Of a stretch of 64,000 nucleotides of DNA, positions 1-14,492 are shown piece after piece. Below the pieces are notes generated by a model. The model searched no databases, was not told where the DNA came from, and worked only from the letters and a program-made list of their open reading frames with translations. Each line of letters begins with the position of its first letter. The first letter of the stretch is position 1. Source of the stretch: Octopus sinensis (lineage: Eukaryota); contig NC_042997.1 in NCBI RefSeq assembly GCF_006345805.1, positions 65,286,001 to 65,350,000 of the forward strand, given 5' to 3'. The position numbers and the translations under genes are program-made.

Positions 1-446
1 AAAAGTGAATGAGCGCATTAAATTAGGAAAGTTAAAGTTAATATCAAAATTATTAAAAACCTGGCATAATTATTTGTTTACAATATCTGCAACAACAATA
101 CAAACATTATATAAAGTAGCAAAACCAAAACGCTAAGGGAAATTAAATTGAGATACTTAGTATATCAAGCGAATTTTTATTATATAGAAATTTAACAAGC
201 AGTATAAATTTGAAAATATTTATATACTATAGAATTTATCGCATAGTTAAATGTATATAGAAATATAGTTTCTAGTATTGCTCTAAAATATGTTCGGAAT
301 AATAACCCCAGAGAAATATTGTTTACTAACTAATAAAATAATATGCCTACTTGCTAATTGGATATCTTCCAAGTTTTCTATAAACATACGTACGTAACAT
401 AAATGCATACATAAACACAGACAAACACAGGTACATAGATACACAC

Positions 447-477
<31 letters not shown>

Positions 478-925
478 TATGCATATATATGCATATTTAT
501 ATATGTATGTATATATGTATGTAAGTATGTATGTATACGCAATCTCCCACTTGTATATAGATTTACCAATGTTTGTACCAGAAATGTTATGTAAGATGAC
601 ATAGACCATATTACTTAATTAACTATATTACAAAACACCGGTTAACTTATGAGTGATATATCGTTGGCTCAAATGAATTTCAAATCTTAGTTATTCACTA
701 TTATTAAAGTTACTTATATAAGAAAACAGAGAATACCAATGGCAACCGAAGAATGGTCTGTAATTGTGGATATCCAGTTGGAAATGTAAATGACTTACAT
801 GAGGTTGTGCTATAAAATGAAGGAAAGATTAATGTTTCGAGCGAACTCGCTTCTATTATCGGTTCAAAAACATGCATAGATATGTTCACACATGCGCGCA
901 TGCACAAATAAACATATACATGTAC

Positions 926-978
926 GTATGTATATATATATATATACAGATCATACACACACAAACATATATATATAC

Positions 979-1064
<86 letters not shown>
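926..1064. repeat. (TA)n microsatellite array
   Basis: Direct reading. Confidence 0.95.
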
Positions 1065-1065
<1 letters not shown>

Positions 1066-2444
1066 TAGCTTAAGGTGACCCGGTCTACGCACCAGTGAGT
1101 GTGTGGTTGTTACTTTCTGTTTCTTATCGCCACATTCTCCCTCTTTGTTTCTCTCTCCTTTCTCACTTTCCCACTCTCTTACTCTTCCTTTCTCTCGGAC
1201 TCTCCCTCGGTTTCTCTTACTCTTTAACTTTCTCTATCTATCTCTCTCCAATTTATAAAAAATTGTATTTCGCGTTTAAATTACACATCCACTTCCACTT
1301 TAACATGTTGAAAATTTGATTGAAATTCGGCAAAAGGTGTCCGATCTTGATCCCCAAGTGTCTTCCAAAATCAATAAAATCCCAGTTTCACACCAAAGCA
1401 ACCACTGTAGCACCCCAAAACCTCTCCCAATCAATTTCCCGCCTCAAGTTACCCCCTCCTGTAAATTTTAATCCCCTTCCAGCCACATTTAGACCCCTTT
1501 TTGCATAACAATTCATTTTGTATCAATATTCGCCTTCTTCATTTTATAGATTAGACATATATACCTGGCATTGCTCGGGATTAAAATAGTTTATTATTGT
1601 TTTACTTGTTTCGGTATTATAACCCGATTTCCTTCGGGTATACGCAGGCCACATTTTAAAAGATGAGGAATTTTGCCGTAGAAGCCATGCCTTTCAATTG
1701 AGCGATGATGGTGGTTGTGGGGTTGGGGTGGTGGTCTGGGTGATAGCCGAGGCAGTCAGTGATGACGGTGAGAGTGAGTGAAGTGAAAGACAGTGTTGAT
1801 GGTGGTGGAGAGGAAGGTGGCTAAGTCAAAGATATTCTTGGTGGTGGCATCACAGGGCTGAATGGTATGTATATGGCAGAGTTGGTGGCGATGATGGTGA
1901 TACTGTTGTTGGACATGCAACTTTACAACAAGTTCCAAGTTCCGAAATTATATCATTGTTTTGATGAAAATTGTTTACTGCTTGAAAAATATTGTTCAAG
2001 TTTAATATACAAAGATTTGATAAACTAGAGTATAAATTAACTCTGACCCCCAAAAGCAGTCACGAGCTAGATCTCTAGCAAGTCTTTTCTTCCTGATACC
2101 TTAGTAGCTTTTAAGCTGAAGTGAAGACAGAATTTTCTTTGTCTATCTCCTTACCTTCTTTGAGGTTTTAGGTAAAACTGTACTAATGTGTCCATCTGTT
2201 TTTATTTAATTTAATTCTATGTTTTTATGCAGCTGATGATTGCTCTGCATTTAAATTGATGTAATGCTTTCATTGTTAAATTAAATGGAGTTGCTTGAAG
2301 TGATCATACTGCATTACCTCTGGATATCCTCTATGCTTATTTTGATTTTAATCACCTCACTTTGAAATTGTATGGATAATACCGTACTAAATTCTTGTGC
2401 CTCAACTTAAGTACCTAATTCATCTGAATCTAAATTTGTGCTAT

Positions 2445-2590
<146 letters not shown>

Positions 2591-3551
2591 TGTATGTGTG
2601 TTTTCGTGTGTGTTTGTCCTCGACAACTGTTTGGCAACTGGAATTTGATTTTTTTTGCGTCTCCCTAACCTAACATTTCGGCAAAAGGAAACTGATAGAA
2701 TAATTATCAGGCTGAAAAAAATACTGGGGTCGATTTGTTCGGCTAACAATTCTCCAAAGCAGAGCCCCTAAATATGAAAGAGAGGAGATATTTCATTGTG
2801 ACTAACAATGTCCATAGTCCCGTTCTATGATGCCACAACTTCATCAGCTGCCAAAATATATTTGAAAAGTATTGCCTTCTTATGAGATATGAGCTTGTTA
2901 CTAAAATCATCTGTGCTTCTATATAACAATTATAACAATTTTGTAGCTGGTGAAATATTATCAGCTGTAACAGCATCGCAACCAGCGTGGTCGTTACGTA
3001 ACCAACCAATAAAAGACGAGCCAATGCGGAGCTTCACCGAGATTGCTTGGACTTTTATTAATTGCTGTCAAATCTTTCGTATATTACAAACTTCCAGCCT
3101 AATGATATGGTTTTAACTTTATATGAAGACATTAGTAGATCTGGTCGTAAAGCAACTCTACAATACATTGACTGAAGCTATTTATTATGATCTGAAATAT
3201 CAGAATATATATGCAGTGTCTTAATATTACATAGCTTGTTCTATGAGTAAATTAGTCATACACATTTTGATGATCATCGTAAGAGATAAGTTTCACCAAC
3301 TGGTTTAACTCGGAGCAATTCCTCATCTTTATATTGACAAGCAGATAGCCAATTATACCTTCGTCTGTCGTTGCTCTATGTGACAAATGTGAGGAGTATG
3401 GGAAAAACCGTAGTTTACATAAAGACTAAGATGAAGTTCTATACATACAAGTGGAAGAGAGTTCAGCAAGTTATCAAAGCGACATTGAAAGGCCCGTCAA
3501 GTTTAGTGACAAGACTCATTCAACGTTCCTTCAGCGCTCGAATCATTCAAC

Positions 3552-3552
3552 T

Positions 3553-3607
<55 letters not shown>

Positions 3608-3800
3608 TTCATTCTGTTTCTGTCTCATCCTATCTTTCTATCTATTTATCTGTTTATCTATTTATCTATCTATTTATCTATCTATTTATCTATCTATCTA
3701 TCTCCCCCTCTGTCTCTGTCTCTCTCTTTCTCACACACACACACACAAAGTGTGTGTGTCTGTGTTCGTGCGTGCGTGCTTACATACGTGCGTGCGTACA
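3552..3800. repeat. Compound (CT)n-(TCTA/TTTA)n-(CA)n microsatellite
   Basis: Direct reading. Confidence 0.95.
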
Positions 3801-5621
3801 TACGTGCGTGTACATGTTTGTGTCCGCGTGCGGAGGATGGTAAGCTGATGAAGCATAAGCCCGCATTTCTATGAAATGACAAAGACCTTTAATGGCAATG
3901 TTGGAATTGCATATAATGGATGAGCAATTGCATATGTTGCTTATATTAGTGCGAAGGATGCCCTTAACTGAATTCTTAGAAAGGTATTTGACCGTGTTGA
4001 CATTGCATAATCAAGTGGAGAACAGACTAAAGTCTTAATGAATAACATGTCTATTTTAAATACATGATTGAATTTCAACAGCGAAATGTTTGTAGTAAAT
4101 GAGGGAGACAGAAGTCAAACGATAGAATCACTAAGCAAGCAGGTGTGTGTAGGTGTGTGTGTGTGAGCATTTGTATATGTGTATGTGTACGATTTATTGA
4201 AAAGAGAGATACGCTGTTTCTATCGAATATATACTTATACATCATACATGAATACATACGCACACAAACAAGAATACATGTATATCCACACACTTCAGAT
4301 ACATACAAGAAGTCTATGTGGATGTGGTGGGGTTAGGCGAAGGTGTTTGCGTGTCGTGTGTGTGTGTGTGAGAGAGAGAGAGATAGAGAGAGAGAGTGCG
4401 TGTGTGTGTGTGTCTGTGTGTTTAATGAGGTTATTTATAACAGCGTATAGATTTGGCAGTCTTTGATCTTCATTATTAATTCATAGTGGAAATATTGTTG
4501 TGGCGCTTATTGCTGAAGTAACTAGTAACTGTGTAACATCCAACTGGTTAGAATGAATTGATTATTAAATCACTGTATTTCTCTTCACTCTTTATTTAAT
4601 ATCAGAGTGTTTATTACAGTTATTTTGTTAATCATCATTTAGTTAGCATCATTATACCTGTAGTTAAAAACCGATGAAACTTTGACATTAAGCAGAATAT
4701 TACTGAGGTATCAGTAGTCTTGGTATGAATTACTTTAGGAAATCGGTTCGATATATAGTAAGAATGTAACTATACTGTCGCTGACCGGTTGGTAGATACC
4801 ATTTCCCATTAAATATATTTTCGTTTACTGTTGAGTTTAATTTCATCTGGTTAAATCTGCGAACGTCACTGCATACTAAAACTGTATTGTGATTAATTGC
4901 ATCAAATTAATACTTTTACCTTCAGCTTATCTTTTTATCAGCAATACATCAATGGATATAAAGCTTAATGTTACGGTATTGAAACTCGTTATGTGACATT
5001 TGCAAAACACACGAAAGCACATTCATACAAACATATATATGAATGTCTATATGTAGACATTCAGTAGAACAGTTGCCTAATTCATACAATTCGGTATTAA
5101 AAGGTATTTTATGTATGTATATGTGTATGCATGTATACATGAATGTATGCCTGTACGTACGTACGTACGTATGTACGTTAAAATGTATGTATACATGCAT
5201 GCATGTCTGTGAGAAGGGAAGTATTTACATATCTATCTACATATTTCTCCTTTTCCCTTTTCTTCTGCCTGTCCTTCAGTACCTCTGTCTACAGGAAATA
5301 AGACAATCTGTGAGCATGTGTATCCTGTCAGATAAACACTTTATTGTATGCGACAATCACTTTTAATGTTGCAGCAACGTTGTAACATTATATGTAACAT
5401 ATATTCTTATGCTGGATCCGTATTTCTATAAAATTCTGTTCAAAATTTACTTCAGATCTGAAAGTTTTTTGAGTTGAAAATTATAATCTTTATCAAATAA
5501 AGAATTCGAAATGCTGAAAAAGATATGGAGAGTAATGATGATGGAATAATTTCAGACATATGTGGCATTACGAAACAATAACTTCTAGTGCTACATTACA
5601 AGTATAGCACATACTATTACG

Positions 5622-5653
<32 letters not shown>

Positions 5654-5692
5654 CATATACGTATGTATGTGTATATACGTATGTATTTATAT

Positions 5693-5757
<65 letters not shown>

Positions 5758-6589
5758 TAGATAGATAGATAACCACACACATATACATGTGTACATGAGT
5801 TTGTGTCAGTGTGTGCGTGTAGTTATGTACATACAGACATGTGTGGGTGTATAAGTGGGTGTAAGATGATTTTCTCAAATTAAATATTATTAATTATATT
5901 CAAAAAATTCTTTTAAATATTGCAGATAAGCACAGACCAAATGTAAGATATAATCATGTTCTTTTTCTTAAAGAAGTTTTATTTAATTAACAATTTTTAA
6001 ATCAAGAATTTTCTTTTTATTTGAGACATTACGTTTGTAACAATAATTTTTCTACAATCTTTCACACATATTCAAATATATGGCTGACCACCCTTGAACG
6101 AAGAAGACCATCGCTGGCCATTGCCCATGAAAAATAACAGCAGTATCAACAATTCACCCGGGTTCACGTCTGCAGCTTCCATGCTTGCCGTCATATTCGA
6201 TCAGGTATATTAGTACTCATCTCGCCGGCGATTGCACAACCTAGAATGTTAGGTTCAATAAGTCTTTTACACCACATCACCGACCCTCTCTGCTCTAGAG
6301 ACATTATCGAGAAGCAAACTAGACCAAGACACTCTATGTTTGTTCGCCTCTATTATGACCATGTTAGATGTTTATGTAATCAACATCTCCTTAACAGAGT
6401 GAGCGTGGATATGTACGTCCAAGAGATCACTGGTGTATGGGTATGTGTATCATTTATTGATTACTCACTATGTGTAAGGTATTAACCGTTTATAACCAAG
6501 ATACTCTATCCATAACTTTTCCTAATAACCAACAAATTACTGACTATAATAACATGTTATATAATCGAAATAAACGAAACCGAGTCTAT

Positions 6590-7300
6590 TGAGCGAGTTA
6601 TTTTTTTTAAAAGAACACCTGAAGCGACACACCTGCTCCACCACCAGTTATATAGTATCCCACTCACAAGGGACGGATGCAAGACGACTTGAAACGATCG
6701 TTTTGAATAAAGATTCTGCAGTATAGAAGCATAATATGCCCCGTCAATTGTGGTGCACTTTGCCAGAAAATCCATCATCGCTGCTCCGTACTGGTATCAA
6801 AAGACCGTGAGCATCATCTCGCCAGCTGAGGTGGTGAGTTATCATGCTTCCATTACTTCGACTAGACTTTAGTTTCAGGATCATAGTGATGGGCCCATGT
6901 TTCATTCTGTGTGATAAGTCTGCCGAAAATTTCCTCCTCATTTTCTTGGCCCATTGTCAAAAGAGCCTGGGAGCAATTGATCGTTCCAGGTATTCTATCG
7001 TGCAGACAACTTCAGCATGTACAAATGGTCTTCAGTGATATTTACACACACACTACTCTTATCTTCACTTTTCAGGCTAGTTGCCGAATAGTTATCCGGA
7101 GATCCTCCAATACGACGGCTTCCAATTCATGGATGGTGTCATCATGAATGGCGAAATGTGGTCGTCCAGGGATAGGAGCTGTTTTCACCGATATCCGACC
7201 AAATTTGAACTGCTTGGCTACGTTGTATGATGGTGCATCGTCAACATAAGCTTCTTTCATCTCATCGAAAGACTCTTTTGGGGTACGACCGTTTGCTCCA
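6590..7300 (-). mobile_element. Decayed, internally deleted mariner related to the 10201-11472 element
   Basis: Minus-strand GRTPKESFDEMKEAYVDDAPSY..PGRP..LEDLRITIRQLA, DFLAKCTTIDGAYYASIL and WSRCV align by eye with the intact copy. No TIRs seen. Confidence 0.85.
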
Positions 7301-8209
7301 GACCACAAAGTGTAGCCGGTCTGGTAATTGAAACCACGATTTCATGACTACGAATGTTACACATCTATCGACCAAGGCACGTGCCTTAACATATATATGT
7401 GCGTGTATGTGTATGTGCGTATGTGTGTGTGTGAGTCTGTCTGAGTGTGTGTGTCTGTGTGTGTACTAGCGAAACATGATTAGTGAAATTATGGTTTGAC
7501 TGTGTTTAAGAGCTAAATCCTTAAGAGCTAAAATGTATGTAATATGTTGTAATCTTTTAAGAATGCTTTCAAAAAATTTCCAGCGAATGAATTGTTGCAA
7601 ACTTAAAAAGCTATTCGTATATTATTTATTATACATATAGGTATTTAAGACACGAACGCTTATCCACATGCGCAAATGCGGGCACGTACACACACATACA
7701 AATAATCTTCGTTGTAAGGTATTTCTAGTGTCCAAGAATTTCAGTTTCGTCACAAGGGAATGGTTCATCTTGGGTCATAACTACATTGATTAATAAAAGA
7801 ACCCAAATCTTCAAATGGAAAAGCAATAAAAATGGCAAGCAAGGGTTGTCCGAGTGTCTGATAGTTGTTGTATAACGTATTCTTTAAGTATCTGAATAAA
7901 TAATCTTTTGCATTTAACTTTGAATATATCAGATTCTCTGGTGAACCTCACTCGTTGGAAAAATTTGGCTTTACACTATTCCGAGTTATATACATATGTA
8001 TATTAGGGTAATGACTTTTAACCCACATTACGTTCGACATTTTATTAGACTTAAAGGAATTTATGACTGAAGTTACTTCCTGGTCAAATGCCAATAACGA
8101 TATATACATTAGTAAAAGTTGTTTCACATTTTGAGTAGTATTATTTGTTGTTGAAATAATCTATGAATGCATTATTCTTTCTATTACAGATATTAAAATA
8201 TATTGCGAT

Positions 8210-9990
8210 AATCAGTGAAATGAAAACACGGATCATGTCATTTAAGCAGTCAAGTCAAGCGGTTACAGCAAAAAAGAAAACGTGGCAAAAAATATAACAA
8301 ACTTTGAAAAGGCTGTTAAAAATGAAGAATAATACCGAATGTGGAACATGAGTTAAATGAACTCCAGAAAATCCAGCATCATTGAAAGGTATAATGCGTT
8401 AGAAAATTTTTAAAATCCAGACATGCAAGGAATCAGCTTAGGAACTAAAGAATCTATGGAAAAAATTTGATTTTCCGTGTATAACATTAAAGTCTATTGT
8501 AAGAAAATTAAATACTCTGTTGACAAGGTTCATTACCCATTTAAAACGTCTGGAACCAGGTCGAAATTTAAAAGATTACTTGGACATCGTTAATCAACAT
8601 GGTAACACGTTATCTAAAGAAGACAAATACTTTTTTTTCAATACACAAATTCAAGCGGTGGTATAACTGACTACACCACATCTCGATTAGCTATGGCTCA
8701 TCCTTCAAAGCGAAGACCTTCTTCATCAAGAGTGTCAGTTTCAACTCCACAAGCGTACCTCCCATATGCTGAAGCAGGTAAAGTAACGTGCCAAAAGATT
8801 CTCAAATATTACACAAATTGTTTTGTATGCATTGATGTCACTAATATGTACCCTACTTTTTGCAGATACATCATCATCATCATCATCATCATCAGGAGCC
8901 CCTACTTATGATTCTGCAGATGAAATCTCATTACCAATAGATGAACAAATTGGCATTTCTAAACAACATCACTCAACCTAGAAAGCAATGATAAAAAAAG
9001 AATTTAAGCAGTCATAAAGCAACCAAAGTTTGCAAACAGCTGAGAGAGGAAGAAGTATTTCTCCCCCCCTCCGTCGTAGTCAGGAGTGTACAAAGCTGTT
9101 AAAAGAGAAACCACTAAGATGAAGCAAGAACTAAAATAAACTTTTAAAAATGACCTGTAGGTGCTCCATTTTGATGGAGAGATTATAAAGGGTAAAGAAA
9201 GACAAGTTGTAGTGAAAAACGACACAAGAGAAATTAGATTAGCAGCACTAACTCTGATGAATGGCAGAGCAGAAACCATTTTTCAATGACTAAAGGAAGT
9301 TTTAGATGATAACGAATTGTGGCCAGCAATCAAAATGATCATAACAAACACATGTAGTGTAAATACAGGAAAACATACTGGAGTGGTCATTCAGCTGCAG
9401 AACGAATTTGTAAGGCGTGGATATCCTGCACCTCAATACATCAGTTGCTAACATCATGTGTTAGACCGCCTCCTAAAACATGTAATGGATGATAGGAAAG
9501 GAAATACTGCATCACCAAATATATCATATCTGTTCATAGACGATTTAATTTTAAAATTCTATGATTTGGTGGCAGAATGGAAACAAGGTGAAGCAAAACT
9601 TCAAATGGCTGATAATCCAGATTGGAGAGATGAACTTAAGTCTTTATTTGAAATTGGGCATGCCTTCAGATTTTATCATCAACAAAGCATTTTACAAGAA
9701 ATGAAATTTAAAAACTTCCTAAACTTAACACTGCATGTTGGAATTCACTAGCAATTTTGGCTATCCTCAGATACATGCTTCTGCAACAAAGTAGAGAAAA
9801 CCTCAACGACGCGAGTTGATTTATGAGGGAAAACGATAGAAATCAGGTTTTGTGACCAAAGATTTCACAGCATGGCCTACCAGAAACTTTCAGAAGCAGT
9901 TTCTGGGTATACTAAAGCAAGCCAGTGTTTGAAAGCTAATTGGAATATCGAAGAATCAGTAATTCAAGATGTTCAATGAAAATAATGGAG
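8210..9990 (+). mobile_element. Decayed DDE transposase of the hAT-related CxxH group (hATm-like)
   Basis: From 9161, in frame with ORF 9458-9751: VLHFDGEIIKG..AETIFQ*LKEVLD..IKMIITNTCSVNTGKHTGVV..ISC*HHVLDRLLKHV. This carries LH(W/F)DG, (D/N)T..VNTG and CxHH signatures. Upstream LSKEDK segment near 8610. TIRs not identified. Confidence 0.6.
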
Positions 9991-10200
9991 AAATTAGATT
10001 GAAGATCTTCTGAAAAATTAAATCTGCGATTTGTTTTAACCAACTCTTGTTGTATGAGGCTATACTTATTACGTTAACAATGCATAACAGTACGTCTTAT
10101 TACTTGAACAATATATGCGCGTCCGTAGAAAAAGTATTGTCATCGGTGGGGGAGTTGTTGTGTCAAAGAAGGAAATGATTATGATTTTTTTATCATTATA

Positions 10201-11472
10201 CGAGGGGCGTTCAATAAGTAATGCCTCTGACCCACTTGCAGTTGTTTGATCTAGTTGAAATTTTGCATGTGCAATTATTTATATCTCTATAGAGTAAGTG
10301 GGAAATTACAGCTCCGAACTAATTGTGGTTTCCGATTTACAGGTGCTTGAACTGAGTCAAGTGTGAAATGGAGCATGTTGAGTGTCGAGCAGTGATCCGG
10401 TTTTTGTATTTGAAAGGACGCACACCACGGGAGACTTTTGATGAAATGAAAGAAACTTATGGTGATGATGCCCCATCATATGACCTTGTAAAACGCTGGC
10501 ATCGTGAATTCAAACATGGTCGGAACTCTGTGGAAACAGCTCCCAGATCTGGTCGCCCCCTTCTGCCATTGATGAGGCATCTATCTGTCAAGTTGAGGCT
10601 GCCATTTTGGAAGATCGACGCATAACTATTCGCCAAATAGCCCATGAGGTCAAGGTTAGTACCGGGTCTGTGGAAACTATCATTCATGACCATTTGCATA
10701 TGCAAAAGGTGTCTGCCAGATGGATTCCCAGAACCAAGAACGCGTCGATTACTCGAGGATGAATTTGGAGATGTGCCAAGAAGATGAGTCAAAACTTTTC
10801 AAAAGACTGATTGCATAGGATAAAACCTGGGTCCATCACTATGATCCAGAGACCAAAGCCCAGTCAATGCAGTGGAAGCATCGTGACTCACCTCCTCCAA
10901 AGAAGGCAAGGGTGCAGCCCTCCGCTGGCAAGGTCATGCTTACAGTTTTCTGGGACCAGGACGGAGTAGTGAAGACAGATTTCCTGGCAAAGGGTGCCAC
11001 AATTACAGGAGTCTATTATGCTTCACTTTTGAGGAAATTAAGAGAAGCTATCAAAATCAAGAGGCGGGGCAAGATCAGCAAAGGCATCCTCCTCCTGCAG
11101 GACAACGCTCCGATCCACAACTCGCGTGTCGCCAGATCAGAAGCACAGGCGTGCGGCTATGAACTCATCCCCCATCCCCCCTACTCTCCTGACCTTGCAC
11201 CCTCTGATTTTCACCTCTTCCAGCCATGGAGTTGTTTTTGAAAGGAAAGCGTTTCCCAGATGATGCAGCCTTGATTTCTGAAGTCACGTCGTGGTTGGAG
11301 GACCAAGCTGGGGTCTTCTACAAAAACGGTCTTCAGAGCTGCATCAAACGATGGGAGAAATGCGTAACTCTGGGTGGTTCCTATGTAGAAAAAGACTAAT
11401 AACTGTTCCAAGTTTCGTTGCTCTACTGCTATGGGAAGTGGGTCAGGGGCATTACTTATTGAACGCCCCTCG
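10201..11472 (+). mobile_element. Full-length mariner (Tc1/mariner, DD34D), Himar1/Hsmar2 (irritans)-like, 1272 bp
   Basis: TA at 10199-10200 and 11473-11474. 37-bp TIRs cgaggggcgttcaataagtaatgcc(t/c)ctgacccactt with 1 mismatch. Transposase motifs SGRP, WIPR, WVHHYDP, QDNAP-x-YSPDLAPSD with exactly 34 residues between the 2nd and 3rd D. Confidence 0.97.
10368..11399 (+). pseudogene. Mariner transposase pseudogene
   Basis: ORFs 10368-10625 and 10867-11241 plus C-terminal RWEKCVTLGGSYVEKD*. Lesions: frameshift near 10558, deletion after WIPR near 10732, TAG at 10816-10818 just before the first catalytic D, frameshift near 11221. Confidence 0.92.
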
Positions 11473-11534
11473 TACCATAACGTTCACCTTCTGGCACCTT
11501 GGCCTTACTCGACTTGAGAAAAGCCATCGCCCTA

Positions 11535-11591
<57 letters not shown>

Positions 11592-12063
11592 TACAAACAT
11601 GGATGCCCAGCCACGTATTTCTTTGGTCAATCTTTGAGAGGTCTAAGATGAGATTGCCGCGTTAGTGCGCATTTTATGATTATCTTTATAGGCACTTTGC
11701 GACATTAGAAATTACATACACGTTTGTGTATATAAGACTGCCCATATGTATATACTTTTATAGATTGATAAATATAATTGAACATAAAACGTATATATAT
11801 ATATATATACATGAGTATACATATACATGTGTATACATATATGCATATCACTCTCTACTCTATCTTTCTCTATCTTTCTCTCTCTCTCCTCTCTCGCGTT
11901 TATAGGTATTAAAAGAAATGGATAGGAAGGCACATATATATAGACAGACACACAAATAGTCAGACTAGTCTACTGATACAAAGGAATATATTCTGTACTT
12001 ATTAATATTGCAGGTAAAGTTCCATGTTATTATATAAGTACTCATATCTATATATGCAGAAAA

Positions 12064-12076
12064 CACATATATACAC

Positions 12077-12136
<60 letters not shown>

Positions 12137-12427
12137 ATGTATGTATGTATGTATGTATGTATGTATGTATGTATGTATGTATGTATGTATGTATGCATGT
12201 ATGTATGTATGTATGTATGCATGTATGCATGTATGTATACGCGTGTGTTTGTGTGTGTGCGTATGTCTCCGTGTATGTATGTTTGTATGCATCTATGCAT
12301 ATATGTATGTATCTATCTACATATTTATGTATAAATATATATATGTATATATATATATGTGTGTGTGTATATATATAAGTATATGTATATGCATATATAC
12401 ATATATATATATATATACATACATATA

Positions 12428-12475
<48 letters not shown>
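12064..12475. repeat. Compound (TA)n-(TATG)n microsatellite field
   Basis: Direct reading. Source of the YIYI/MYVC ORFs. Confidence 0.95.
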
Positions 12476-12478
<3 letters not shown>

Positions 12479-13286
12479 CATGTGAAAGGGAAATGGAATT
12501 TAATTAAAATTAAAACATGCAATCAAAATTTACATTTCCAGTGGTCTAACGTGCAAAAAAAATTAGTCAAGACGACTATATATTAGTCATACGATATAGT
12601 GTATATTTAAACACATAAGCAATCCACTTACAGGGAATTCAGCAGGCTACAAAAAACAGCTAGGTTCTGTAAACCACAAAAATAACGGATAAAATTATTT
12701 TTGTGGTTTACAGAACCTAGCTGTTCATTCTAGGTATGTCCATGCCCTGTATGTGGATTCCTTATGTATTTAAATATACACTTGCGTCAGAAATTAATTA
12801 GCACTTCTCAAATTTCTACATTAAATAGGTTAAATCAATTAACCTATGAGCTGTTCAAAACGTCTTACGCGATGAGAAAACTTAGTATGGTGTGATTTCG
12901 GTCCTTGGAGGCGCTACCTATATCTATTAAACAAAGGAAGATTTGTCTGCATCCGCACTCCAGGTTGTTGTTGCACTGCTACGTCAACATCATTAGGCTG
13001 TAGACTCTCAAACTGCTCTGCAAACAAAGTTACGTCATTGTTCTGCGCAACAGTGAACTCGCAACAAAGCAATAGTTCGAGATATGGCCACTAGGTGACA
13101 GCACATACCTTGAGTGAAGAGCAAATCAAGGGTGCTAATTAATTTCTGACAGTAGTGTACACTATATCGTATGACTAATATATAGTCTTCTTGACTTTTT
13201 TTTTTTGCACGTTAGACCACTGGAAATGTATATTTTGATTGAATGTTTTAATTTTAATTAAATTTCATTTCCCTCTCACATGATTA
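12475..13286. repeat. Fold-back palindrome of about 430 bp once the nested MITE is removed
   Basis: Perfect 31-bp inner stem 12655-12685/12695-12725 with a 9-nt loop. Outer arms 12475-12603 and 13158-13286 are reverse complements. Confidence 0.85.
12779..13157. mobile_element. 379-bp Tc1/mariner-type MITE
   Basis: 26-bp TIRs (cacttgcgtcagaaattaattagcac / gtgctaattaatttctgacagtagtg, 23/26). TA duplicated at 12777-12778 and 13158-13159. The empty-site sequence taaatatacactatatcg is present in the paralogous arm near 13643. Confidence 0.85.
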
Positions 13287-13676
13287 AATACTGTAAGTTT
13301 TTGGATAATTTTCGGTTAAACGTTGGTGGTTTTTCATTGTAGCCAGCGAAGGACTGCGTCTGCGCAGAAAAATTTGAATAGTTTGTTCGTATAAACACGA
13401 GATAAGTAGTTTCGTTTGTCTCGTGTTGGATATGTACAACACTAGGTTGGACCTTGCTGAAGAAAATCAGACCTTGTGAGTTCTCCTTGACTCACTAAAA
13501 GATGATCAGAAACCAATTGGTCCAGGGACTAGATGGTAAATGTTTTTCATTTCAAAATTTATTCCGTTATTTTTGTGGTTTACAGAACCTAGGTGTTCTT
13601 TCTAGCGTGCTGAATTCACTATAAGTGGATTCCTTATGTGTTTAAATATACACTATATCGTATGACTTATATATAT

Positions 13677-13745
<69 letters not shown>

Positions 13746-14407
13746 TTATACATATATGCATATATATACATATCATTGCTCATATACACACATATAAATG
13801 CAAACGTGTGTGCACGTACACACACAGTTGCTCAGATACAGATATGCGAATGAATATGTGTCTGTCTGACGTTCAACGTATTTATTATTCGTCAGTCAAA
13901 ACTAATTTTGCGCGTGAATAATTCAATGCATTGTCTCTGACGATTTTTAACGTAAATAAGAGAAATTCATGTAATTCTTACTGTTCTATGTGCGTGTATT
14001 GCATGTAACGTCCATTTCCATGTGTGTATATACATGTCTAGTTCTGTATATGCTTGTATCTTGTCACTGAAAATGGCACCTGTAGGGCAATTTCTGTTCT
14101 TATTGTCAGAAACATGAAATATTGAATGTAGGAGTGACCATTCGTAGCCAATTTAGTGTATCTCTGGAAATAAATATTATTTGGATCTCAATAAAACAAG
14201 AAGCATTTATTAATATTTAACTGTTGATATTGTTGAAGTTACTATTGAAAGTATTATTCTATAACTGCCAACTATTCCAACAGACGCTTTCGGCTGACAC
14301 GTTGTTTAGTTGCACACTTTAATTATCATCAACTCGTATGATCAATTTCCTTCCACTCTTTTTCTTTATGTCTCTATTATATATAAATTTATTATATTAT
14401 GTTATTG

Positions 14408-14465
<58 letters not shown>

Positions 14466-14492
14466 TATATATACACATATATATATATATCG

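Noticed and set aside
1063-1600. Non-autonomous Helitron-like termini (actagc..gacccgg; cctggcattgctcggg)
   Set aside because: They resemble recalled Helitron-type ends, but no matching hairpin-CTAG end or second copy could be shown.
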